Shown one piece after another: positions 18,463 through 26,422 of a stretch of 56,343 bases of DNA (the stretch's first letter is position 1; the number at the start of each line of letters is the position of its first letter). A program made the position numbers and the translations under genes. The notes under the pieces were generated by a model, which was given only the letters and a program-made list of their open reading frames with translations, made no database searches and was not told where the DNA came from. Source of the DNA: Oligoflexales bacterium (GTDB lineage Bacteria; Bdellovibrionota_B; Oligoflexia; Oligoflexales; JAGOVF01); NCBI GenBank assembly GCA_018060885.1, contig JAGOVF010000002.1:1-56343 (forward strand), in the 5' to 3' direction.

Positions 18463-19723
18463 AAGTGTTATCTGGCATCCGTTTACTCAGATGTTAGATC
18501 CTGGACCGATCTTGGCTGTTGAGCGAGCTAAAGCGGAATTCCTTTATACCTTTGACGGTCGTTGTATTGTTGATGCGATCTCCTCTTGGTGGGTGAATCT
18601 CCACGGCCATTCTCATCCTTATATTGCTGAAAAAGTATATGCTCAATTGCTAAAGTTAGAACAAGTCATTTTTGCGGGTTTTACCCATGCACCTGCAGTG
18701 GAATTGGTCGAAAGACTGCTGCCTTTATTTGGCGGTAAACTTGCTAAAGGTTTTTTTTCAGATAATGGTTCGACGGCGGTTGAGGTTGCACTGAAAATGG
18801 CTCTGCAGTATTGGTGTAACACAGCTGGCTTGACGGACAAAAAATTTAAAATTCTGACTCTAGAAAACTCTTACCACGGTGATACATTTGGGGCGATGAG
18901 TATAAGCGCGCGAGGTGTATTTAATAAGCCTTTTGAGCCATACATGTTCGAATGTGAATCTGTACCGGCACCTTTATTTAAGCAACAGGAAAATTCTTTA
19001 ATTCAATTGCAAAAGAAGTTAGCAGGTAAAGATAAATTTGCGGCATTTATCTATGAACCTCTTTTGCAAGGGGCGGGTGGTATGCTGATGCAAGATGCAG
19101 CATGTCTGAATGAAATGTTGAAACTGTGCCGTAAACACGAGGTTTTGCTCATTGCAGATGAAGTCTTGACCGGCTTTGGGCGTACGGGATGGCCTTTTGC
19201 GAGTTTGGCGCTCGAAGAACAAGCAGATTTAATCTGTTTGTCTAAAGGTTTGACGGGAGGGACTTTGCCTCTGGGCTTAACTCTCACATCACAAAATATT
19301 TATGACGCTTTTTTGGGAAGTGGCCATGACAAAACATTTTTTCATGGACATTCTTATACCGCGAACCCTTTAGCCTGTGCAGCGGCAAACGCTAGTCTGG
19401 ATATATTTTTAAGCGAGGAATGCAGCTTACAGCGCAAGAAGCTTGAAATTCGCCATAAAGCGCAAATTGTTAAATGGCAAAAATACGTTGAAAAATTTGA
19501 TATTCGGCTCTGTGGAACTGTCTTGGCGCTTAATATTCCAGAAGCAAAGTCAGGTTATTTTTCACCGATTAAAACAAAACTTTATGAATATTTTTTACAG
19601 AAAGAAATTCTCATGCGGCCACTTGGAAATTGTATTTATCTTTTGCCACCTTATTGCATAAGTGATAAAAGTTTAGACACTTGTTATGAGGCAATTGAAG
19701 CAGTGATTACAGGATCTTATTAA
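18440..19723 (+). CDS. bioA: Adenosylmethionine-8-amino-7-oxononanoate aminotransferase
   Basis: It looks like a class-III aminotransferase with a BioA-type N-terminus (IWHPFTQM) and the DEVLTGFGRTG motif. The TTG start overlaps the bioD end. Confidence 0.85.
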   Translation: MELLARDKSVIWHPFTQMLDPGPILAVERAKAEFLYTFDGRCIVDAISSWWVNLHGHSHPYIAEKVYAQLLKLEQVIFAGFTHAPAVELVERLLPLFGGKLAKGFFSDNGSTAVEVALKMALQYWCNTAGLTDKKFKILTLENSYHGDTFGAMSISARGVFNKPFEPYMFECESVPAPLFKQQENSLIQLQKKLAGKDKFAAFIYEPLLQGAGGMLMQDAACLNEMLKLCRKHEVLLIADEVLTGFGRTGWPFASLALEEQADLICLSKGLTGGTLPLGLTLTSQNIYDAFLGSGHDKTFFHGHSYTANPLACAAANASLDIFLSEECSLQRKKLEIRHKAQIVKWQKYVEKFDIRLCGTVLALNIPEAKSGYFSPIKTKLYEYFLQKEILMRPLGNCIYLLPPYCISDKSLDTCYEAIEAVITGSY

Positions 19724-19841
19724 TATAGCTTGAAAGAGCGGACCTAAGTTTGATAGGTACGCCAATGCTAGATGAAAATTTCTCGCAGTTTGATTTTTTT
19801 CTAATTTGTAAATTTTCGTAAACATCAGGGGGTTTTTTATT

Positions 19842-20754
19842 ATGTCATTATTTTCTTTAAAGTGTATGAGTCGATTTTTTTTAGTTTCTGCTTTGTTACT
19901 CAGTGCAAATAATTTCGCTTTTGCAAGGGGAGCGATTAGAGGGGATGCAAATGTCAATAGCTCTCAGGGTTCAATTCTAGATAGTTCTAATGTTATAGAG
20001 TTAAAACCTGGGGTTCAGGTTTTTAATAGAGATTTGAATTTGATGATTAAATTAGACAATATTCAGGACTCACGTTGTCCCATCGATCCTTTAGTGGCTT
20101 GTTTTTGGCCTGGCAATGTTAAGGTGTCGATTTCGATAATTTCTCGATCTGAACTCGATAGAAATCCAGAAGCAGAATGGGATAAAGTTACTCTTGTGTT
20201 GGGAGTTAACGGCGAAAAAGCCGATGTGCTTCTTAATTCCGGATATGTTTTAAAACTCGTTCAAGTTTTACCTCTACCCGAAATAAATGCAGAAGTCATA
20301 GAGTCGCCTGTTGTTATACTTACCTATGAAAAGGCCGATGCTAACGATGCTAATGATGCTAATAATGATCAAGTTAAAGAGTGTGATAATGCTCAGGAAG
20401 CTAGCCCTACAATTCCCGGAATTATAGAGTTGAAGAATGGCGCTCCGATTAGCAATTGCAACCTGAACTTAGAATTAAAGCTTGTAAATATTGCTGACTC
20501 GCGCTGCCCAATCGGTGCTCTATGTTTTTGGCAAGGTTCTTCAAGTCTCCATAGCTATAGTTGATAGTTCTAAAATTAAACAAGATGCTGGAGCAAAATG
20601 GGATGTCATAACTCTTAGTTTAGAAGAAGGGGTTCTACTTAGCTCTGGATATATATTGAAACTTGAAAATGTTCTGCCCTATCCTGATTTAAATGCGGCG
20701 CCTGTAGAATCGCCGGTTGTAGTTCTGAGTTATAGTAAAGCGGAAGTAAATTAG
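19842..20754 (+). pseudogene. Secreted protein with two tandem ~110-aa DSRCP...CFW.G domains, interrupted by a +1 frameshift near 20538
   Basis: Domain 1 is intact (IELKPGV...DSRCPIDPLVACFWPGNVKVSISI...VLKLVQVLP...ESPVVILTYEKA). Domain 2 starts in the same frame (IELKNGA...DSRCPIGALCFWQG) but continues in the +1 frame (LQVSIAIVDSS...ILKLENVLP...ESPVVVLSYSKA). The track splits this into ORFs 19842-20564 and 20491-20754. Confidence 0.7.
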
Positions 20755-20776
20755 ATAATTACGTGCAAGAAGTAGA

Positions 20777-21559
20777 ATGATGAACCCAAAGATTCTTGAG
20801 AAAATTTGCGCGAATGCTGAGTTGCACGCAAAGTGGCTTAATACACTTTCTTATTTAGAAAATTGTGGCGCACGAAAAATTTCAGCTTGCTTACATCCGC
20901 GAGGAGTTGACTCTTTAATGTTAAAGCATGCGGCAGAAGAAAGCCGTCATGCTTTTTTTTTGAAAAGCCTTATAAACAAGCATTTTCCTTCTCAGGTGGA
21001 AAAAAAATCAAATTTTGAATCGCAATCCCTCTTTGCTGCTAAAATGACTTATCGCTATCTAGATCGCCTCGAGGTTTTGGTTTGTCGATTGCTAAGAGAT
21101 CATATGACGCAGAATTTGTCACAGTTTTATGTTGCTTCTGTGGCAAATAGCGGGGTTTTTCATACAAACAAGCATGAAAAGGCTAAGTCTCGTTATTCGC
21201 GCTTAGTCTATCTTGTTATTACATATATTATCGAAATTCGTGCAGAAGATATTTATCCGCGTTACCAAGAACATATAAAGAAGTTGGGATTTAGCATAAA
21301 TATACGTTCCCTCATTAATGAAGAAAAGGGCCATCTTCAAGAAATGGTGGATAGCTTAAATCAAGAATTGCCAAATTGGAAAGAATTGATTGCGCCAGCA
21401 CTGCGCTATGAAGAGTTGTTATTTCAACTCTGGTGTAGACAAATTGAATCTGAAGTTGCTATGTTTTTGGATTCTACAAATGTTTTGAAGTCTGAGGCTG
21501 CATATAAAGATCATTTTGAATTTGCTCAGCCAATATCAAATAGTCTTTTGTCGCATTAA
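20777..21559 (+). CDS. Ferritin-like diiron-carboxylate superfamily protein (function unknown)
   Basis: Two ExxH motifs, each preceded by an upstream Glu, are about 125 residues apart (LENCG...AAEESRH and EIRAE...EEKGH). The prediction is all-helical. Confidence 0.45.
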   Translation: MMNPKILEKICANAELHAKWLNTLSYLENCGARKISACLHPRGVDSLMLKHAAEESRHAFFLKSLINKHFPSQVEKKSNFESQSLFAAKMTYRYLDRLEVLVCRLLRDHMTQNLSQFYVASVANSGVFHTNKHEKAKSRYSRLVYLVITYIIEIRAEDIYPRYQEHIKKLGFSINIRSLINEEKGHLQEMVDSLNQELPNWKELIAPALRYEELLFQLWCRQIESEVAMFLDSTNVLKSEAAYKDHFEFAQPISNSLLSH

Positions 21560-21575
21560 TATTCATTCTTTCCGA

Positions 21576-23942
21576 TCAACTTGCTTCTTTTTCTTCTTCT
21601 GCATCTACATAATTTGTATTGAGCTGTTCGAGTGGCACAAGCTTCATTTTATAGTTTTTTCGGATGATAACAGCTGTTCCTGCTGTTGCTTGCGTTATTT
21701 TCATCTCATTTATGCCGTTATGTATCACGACCCCTGGAAATAATGTTTCCTTCACTTCGATATAGGCCTTAATGTTTGGAAGATGCTCGTTTTCAATTGC
21801 GCGTGCTTTCGCAGTAGCCTTGACCTTCAGTTTTTCACAACGCTCAATTTTATCATTCAATTCAATTATGAGTTGTTGTTCTTTTTCTAAAATAGATTTG
21901 TGTTTAATCTTGTCGTTTTTCTCAATCACTTCTAACTTCTTCTGATACTCTTCTAATAAAAGCTTAATTTTAGAGAGGCGCTTTTTCCTAATTTCGATGC
22001 GTGTAAGAAATTTAGGGTTAAAACCAATATAGAGTATTGTCGGAACTCCTCCGGCGGATCCTAGGTTTGAACAACTTATTTTATTTTCGCTATAGATATG
22101 ACCACCAACGATATTACCTGCATATAATTCAGCAGCGCAGTTTACAGTGGAGTTCATAAGTGAGCTTTTAATGTTTAAGTTAGAACAGCTTATAAATGAA
22201 TTCTCAGCAAAATTTGCTTTTACATCGCGGCCGGATTTAATATAACCACCGGAATGATTGTTAATTCCTTCGTTTATAGTGATTGAACTGTTGGATATGA
22301 GTATTCCTCCGGTAACAGACCCTGAAATTTTAAGTTCGCCGCCAGTTTCAACAGTAGCTCCGCTGTCTACAGAGCCACTAATGTCGACACTGCCGGGGAA
22401 TCTAATATTACCACTATTCAGATTGACGTTGCCTTTGTGGGCCAAGTGTTTTTCAATTCTTAAGGTATTTTGTTCAAAAATGACTCTGCCCGGATCTTCT
22501 GCAATAAAAATAATACCATCTTTTGTACTCACTCCACTTCCACAAATAACATCAATCTTCTTTTCGATAGGAGCTAAGATAGTGTCGCCATAAACATTGT
22601 ATCCATCTTGTGCAGGCACTTCATAGTCAATTTTTGCAATAGTATCTTTTGCTTTAAAAAAGACTTCGCTTTTTTGTTCTCGAAAGTTTGCAGAATCAAC
22701 ACTCTGCGTCATGGGAATTTTGTTGATTTTGACAAAGGGTTGGTCGCCAGATTTTGCGGCTTTTCCTTCTGCAATCTGAAGTGAGCTGGCTGTTTGCATT
22801 TGTTTAAGATCATTAATTGCTCTTTCTATAAATTCAGAAAACGCGAGCTCAGCAATACCTAAGCGCTTGAGTTCTGATCTGAGCCAATCTTCAGTTAGGT
22901 GGTCTTTGTATTTTAGTATATTGTGCACGGATTTTTGGCTAATAGATGCAAATTTTTTGTCACTAGAAACTTCTATTTCAAGGGGAAGCAAAGGTGAAGG
23001 TGGTTTTCTGTTATTTTCTCCAAATAAATCGCTTGCATCAATTGGCAGCGCGAGTTTTAAAAGGTCATTTTTAATTTGCGGAATTTGGTGATCGACATAT
23101 TTATAATCTATTGCAGCAAGCATAACTATTGGTAGATCTATACCAAAGCGTTCGGGACCACGACTTGCAGATCTTATAGTTGTATTGAGTTCGTCATACA
23201 AAAAGTGATAGTTTCCTTTTTGTATGAGTTCATTTAGTTCGAAAAAAATTTTTTTCCACATCTGAATGTCATAGAAAATTCTAGTGTCATAGAGAATTAA
23301 AGTAATGTCGCGTTTGTGCTCTTCTTCTATAATTGAATAGCTGCTGTTCATACGCATATGTGGAGTGCGTATAAGTGGGATATCACTCACTTCAACGCCA
23401 TTGCGCGCGCGGTACCAGAGCCGCTGAATTTGAGCGGGGCTAACCGGATCATAGATTCCTAATTCACCTAATTTTTGTGCAATAGTTAATTTTAGAAAAT
23501 AGGGTTGCCAAAAGCCAATGACTTTTGAGGAAGCTTTTATGGTGATACGACCTACTTCTTGATCTTTTTTCGCGGGGAAAATTTCGATTCCGCGTAATTC
23601 AGGCGATCCTGATGCCAAAGTAACAGCAACAGTTGTTGCAGGAGGATCGAATCCCGTGCGAATCAATTCCCACATCTTTTGTAAACGGGCTTCATAGGTT
23701 CGAAAGAAGTTAATATTACAAGCTCGTTGTTCTTTCTCTAAGCGTTGTATCGCGCGAGAAATTAAATCGGCAGGGGGTAATTCGTGAAGATCACAATATG
23801 CTTTTGAAAACTCACAGCGTATGCGTTGCTGTTTAGCGATGAAAGTGAGTTTTGGTTCTGCTATATTCATAGACAACCTTTCGTCTATGATATCGGTAAT
23901 AAAAGGAAAAACTTGAAATTTAGGGTTCATTGAAATTTTCAA
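21576..23942 (-). CDS. FapA/DUF342-family protein (beta-helix plus coiled coil), unusually long
   Basis: A Gly-rich beta-helical repeat region (GNIRFPGSVDISGSVDSGATVETGGELKISGSVTGG...) is followed by LGSAGGVPTILYIGFNP, a coiled coil and a FPGVVIH terminal block, as in DUF342 proteins. The start is TTG. Confidence 0.6.
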   Translation of the reverse strand: MKISMNPKFQVFPFITDIIDERLSMNIAEPKLTFIAKQQRIRCEFSKAYCDLHELPPADLISRAIQRLEKEQRACNINFFRTYEARLQKMWELIRTGFDPPATTVAVTLASGSPELRGIEIFPAKKDQEVGRITIKASSKVIGFWQPYFLKLTIAQKLGELGIYDPVSPAQIQRLWYRARNGVEVSDIPLIRTPHMRMNSSYSIIEEEHKRDITLILYDTRIFYDIQMWKKIFFELNELIQKGNYHFLYDELNTTIRSASRGPERFGIDLPIVMLAAIDYKYVDHQIPQIKNDLLKLALPIDASDLFGENNRKPPSPLLPLEIEVSSDKKFASISQKSVHNILKYKDHLTEDWLRSELKRLGIAELAFSEFIERAINDLKQMQTASSLQIAEGKAAKSGDQPFVKINKIPMTQSVDSANFREQKSEVFFKAKDTIAKIDYEVPAQDGYNVYGDTILAPIEKKIDVICGSGVSTKDGIIFIAEDPGRVIFEQNTLRIEKHLAHKGNVNLNSGNIRFPGSVDISGSVDSGATVETGGELKISGSVTGGILISNSSITINEGINNHSGGYIKSGRDVKANFAENSFISCSNLNIKSSLMNSTVNCAAELYAGNIVGGHIYSENKISCSNLGSAGGVPTILYIGFNPKFLTRIEIRKKRLSKIKLLLEEYQKKLEVIEKNDKIKHKSILEKEQQLIIELNDKIERCEKLKVKATAKARAIENEHLPNIKAYIEVKETLFPGVVIHNGINEMKITQATAGTAVIIRKNYKMKLVPLEQLNTNYVDAEEEKEAS

Positions 23943-24062
23943 AAATCTGAGAGTTCATTGAAAATTTCTCTATTCATCTAATATTTTGCTAGGTGGGAAT
24001 TAGGTTTAAATCTAATAAAATACATATTATCCTGTAATTATTATATTTTAAAGGAGCCGATT

Positions 24063-24905
24063 GTGAGTGACCGGGGAAAGACAGAAGCTAGTTTTCAAAG
24101 TCTGGACAATCTCAATCTATTTTACCGGACTTGGTTTCCGCTTCAGGAACACAAGGCAAATATCGTCATTGTTCACGGCTTAGGAGAACATAGCGGTCGT
24201 TATGATAGATTGGCTTCTGAGCTCTCTGAAAAAGGACTGGCTGTTTTTGCCTATGACGTTAGGGGCCACGGGCAGTCGCAAGGCGAGAAGTGCTACGTCA
24301 ATGATTTTAATGATTACTTACATGATTTAGAATCTTTTCTAGGGGAGATAACTCCTAAATTCAACGCAAAACCTTGGTTTTTATTTGGACACAGCGCTGG
24401 CGGTGAGCATGTTGTCACCTATGTTTTAAAAATGCATCCTAATTGCCAAGGTGTTGTTTTAAGTTCCCCTGCATTGAAAGCTGGAGCAGACATTTCTCCG
24501 TTTTTAATTAAAATCAGCGGACTCGTTAATGCGCTATTGCCGCGATTAAAAGTGCTTGGGATAGATCCAACGGCTATTTCACGGATTCCCGCTGAAATTG
24601 AAAAATATAAGAATGACCCGCTCATTTATCATGATAAAATTCCAACTAGAACTGGGTACAATTTACAAAAGTATTTTAATTATATTCAAATAAATGGGCA
24701 CAAATTTATTTTGCCAGTTTTGATTATGCATGGTACTGCAGATCGATTGACCAATATTGAAGGAAGCCAAGAGTTCTATCGTATAATAAGTTCTGAGGAT
24801 CGCACTTTAAAATTATATGAAAATAGTTTTCATGAGATTTTTAATGATTTGGATCGACAGACTGCAGTTGATGATTTGTTGGCTTGGCTTATGAAGCGTA
24901 TTTAA
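24063..24905 (+). CDS. Alpha/beta hydrolase, lysophospholipase / monoacylglycerol-lipase-like
   Basis: HG box IVHGLGEHSGRY, nucleophile elbow GHSAGG, HGTADR and a C-terminal FHEIFND (His) are present. The start is GTG. Confidence 0.7.
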   Translation: MSDRGKTEASFQSLDNLNLFYRTWFPLQEHKANIVIVHGLGEHSGRYDRLASELSEKGLAVFAYDVRGHGQSQGEKCYVNDFNDYLHDLESFLGEITPKFNAKPWFLFGHSAGGEHVVTYVLKMHPNCQGVVLSSPALKAGADISPFLIKISGLVNALLPRLKVLGIDPTAISRIPAEIEKYKNDPLIYHDKIPTRTGYNLQKYFNYIQINGHKFILPVLIMHGTADRLTNIEGSQEFYRIISSEDRTLKLYENSFHEIFNDLDRQTAVDDLLAWLMKRI

Positions 24906-24949
24906 ATCTATACAGTGTAGTGGTCTAATTTTAAAAGAGAGTCAAAGAA

Positions 24950-25735
24950 TTGAAAAAAAAGACGCATTTCATTTTTTTACCATCGTTTGTTTTGCTGCTT
25001 TTAGCCTTGGCCTGTCGCACAGCGACCCACGAAGATAGGAGGCTCGTTGCACCAAAACCAAGTTCAGATGAACCACCCTGTGATAGCTCGCAGACGCAGA
25101 ATTGTCGGCAAAACCCGCTGCCAATTCAGCCTCCGAGTAAAGACTCTGATCGCGATAAAAATAAAAAATTTTCTTGGCCTTTGGCCCGAGTAGCGCCAAA
25201 TACCAATGTGAATTTTAAGTTTGGTGCTCATGTTGGTGGCGAAACTGATCATTTGGCAATCGATATTGCGGCACGTGAAGGTGATTCTATTTACGCAATT
25301 GGAGAAGGTGAGATTGCGGTATTAGCTTATAAAGCAGGGAATTATCTAGATATAGTTGTTGTTAGACATGCTGTACCAGAGCCCGTAGGACCTAATAACT
25401 CGTATTATGTCTACGCTGCTTATTGTCATACAGAAGCAGCTTCTGAGTTGTATGTAGGAAAGAAGGTTAAGCAGGGTGATAGATTGGGTTGGATTCGTGA
25501 AGCACCACCGTATAAACCCCATTTGCATTTTGTGATGTATGATCAGGCCTTTTTCGAGGGCGGCCCGCAGTCGCGGCGTTGCACAGAGCAGGGGATAGCA
25601 AAAGGTTGTCCTCCAGCCGGGTATTTAAATGATTCAAACATAGATTTTTTCGATCGTGATTATATTGTACATCCGCTCAGTCCGACAAAAGGTGCTATTT
25701 TAAATCCTGAGAGATTTATCAGCACTGATAGATAA
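24950..25735 (+). CDS. M23 (LytM/lysostaphin-type) metallopeptidase, lipoprotein
   Basis: HLAIDIAAREGD (HxxxD) and HLHF (HxH) motifs are present, with a signal/lipobox LLALAC. The start is TTG. Confidence 0.75.
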   Translation: MKKKTHFIFLPSFVLLLLALACRTATHEDRRLVAPKPSSDEPPCDSSQTQNCRQNPLPIQPPSKDSDRDKNKKFSWPLARVAPNTNVNFKFGAHVGGETDHLAIDIAAREGDSIYAIGEGEIAVLAYKAGNYLDIVVVRHAVPEPVGPNNSYYVYAAYCHTEAASELYVGKKVKQGDRLGWIREAPPYKPHLHFVMYDQAFFEGGPQSRRCTEQGIAKGCPPAGYLNDSNIDFFDRDYIVHPLSPTKGAILNPERFISTDR

Positions 25736-25774
25736 CTGGGCTATGTGATGCACACATTTTTTAATCGACTTTCA

Positions 25775-25932
25775 TTTAGAAAGCATGGCTAGGCTTGTTT
25801 TGGAGGGAGTGCCAGAGGACCGCTCAATTTTTATGCCATCCATGGCAAAATTATCGCTACGGGTTCGGGCATCCTGCCCTCACCAGTTCCTCTGGCACTC
25901 CCTCCAAAACAAGCCTAGCCATGCTTTCTAAA
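25775..25932. repeat. Giant hairpin 1: 44-bp perfect stem and 70-nt loop
   Basis: 25775-25818 is the exact reverse complement of 25889-25932. The loop is 25819-25888. Confidence 0.9.
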
Positions 25933-26114
25933 GTAACTCTCAGAACAGCGGTTTGTATCACTTAGTTTTAGGCGCTTGAATTGTATCGAACTCCTCAATT
26001 AATTTATTTGGTGTGGAAATTTGCTGTTCGGCAGATCTGCTGCTGAGAGTAAGTTGAAAAACAATTGCTAGAATTGTTGTGATCTGTGAATGCCCCCTGA
26101 ACTGATAGTCACTT

Positions 26115-26258
26115 GAGTCTATAGCTGAGGTCTTGTATTGCCGGCTAGAGGAACTGGTGAGGGCAGGATGCCCGAACCCGTAGCGATAATTTTGCCATGG
26201 ATGGCATAAAAATTGAGCGGTCCTCTGGCCGGCAATACAAGACCTCAGATATAGACTC
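26115..26258. repeat. Giant hairpin 2: 37-bp stem (2 mismatches) and 70-nt loop that is the exact reverse complement of the hairpin-1 loop
   Basis: 26115-26151 pairs with 26222-26258. The mismatches are 26124/26249 (G-A) and 26146/26227 (T-G). The loop 26152-26221 is the reverse complement of 25819-25888 (70/70). Confidence 0.9.
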
Positions 26259-26422
26259 TATGAAATTCGTTTAAAAGTGTGCATCACATAGTCGATAACT
26301 ACTTATATTAGAAAATTTATTTATAAATTTGTGTTAAATCCTCAGGTAGCTGTTCAATGTCTGATCGAACTTCTTTGTTAAAATATTTGAAGATCACTCT
26401 TTAATTATTTGATGGGGGCTTT

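Larger units (their letters stand above)
25739..26293. mobile_element. ~555-bp non-coding MITE-like / foldback element with terminal inverted repeats and a candidate 7-bp target duplication
   Basis: CTATGTGATGCACAC (25741-25755) and GTGTGCATCACATAG (26277-26291) form a 15/15 inverted repeat, extendable to ~17-21 bp with imperfections. GATAACT is present on both flanks (25731-25737 and 26294-26300). No ORF of 60 aa or more lies inside. The interior is two inverted homologous units. Confidence 0.5.

Noticed and set aside
19673-19957. A 94-aa minus-strand ORF bridges the bioA end and the start of the next gene.
   Set aside because: It overlaps two well-supported plus-strand genes and their intergenic promoter/RBS region. 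It has low-complexity, AT-driven composition and no motif.
23926-23967. A 16-bp direct repeat at the FapA-like gene start creates a 12-codon uORF (MNSQIFENFNEP).
   Set aside because: There is no SD for the uORF, and the repeat is short and imperfect. It is noted under the gene finding but is not strong enough to call a regulatory feature.
25857-25886. A tRNA/tmRNA 3'-end-like string (GGGTTCGGGCATCCTGCCCTCACCA) lies inside the conserved core, hinting at a tRNA-derived att site.
   Set aside because: The would-be T-loop is only 3 nt (GGGCA-TCC-TGCCC). No acceptor, D or anticodon arms can be drawn. The resemblance is superficial.
25785-25931. A 48-codon ORF (MARLVLEGVPEDRSIFMPSMAKLSLRVRASCPHQFLWHSLQNKPSHAF) spans hairpin 1 exactly.
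   Set aside because: The equivalent frame in hairpin 2 has no ATG, has different flanking residues and stops at CCTCTAG. Only the loop-encoded part is shared, it lacks an SD, and the open frame is easily explained by palindromic symmetry. It is probably not coding.
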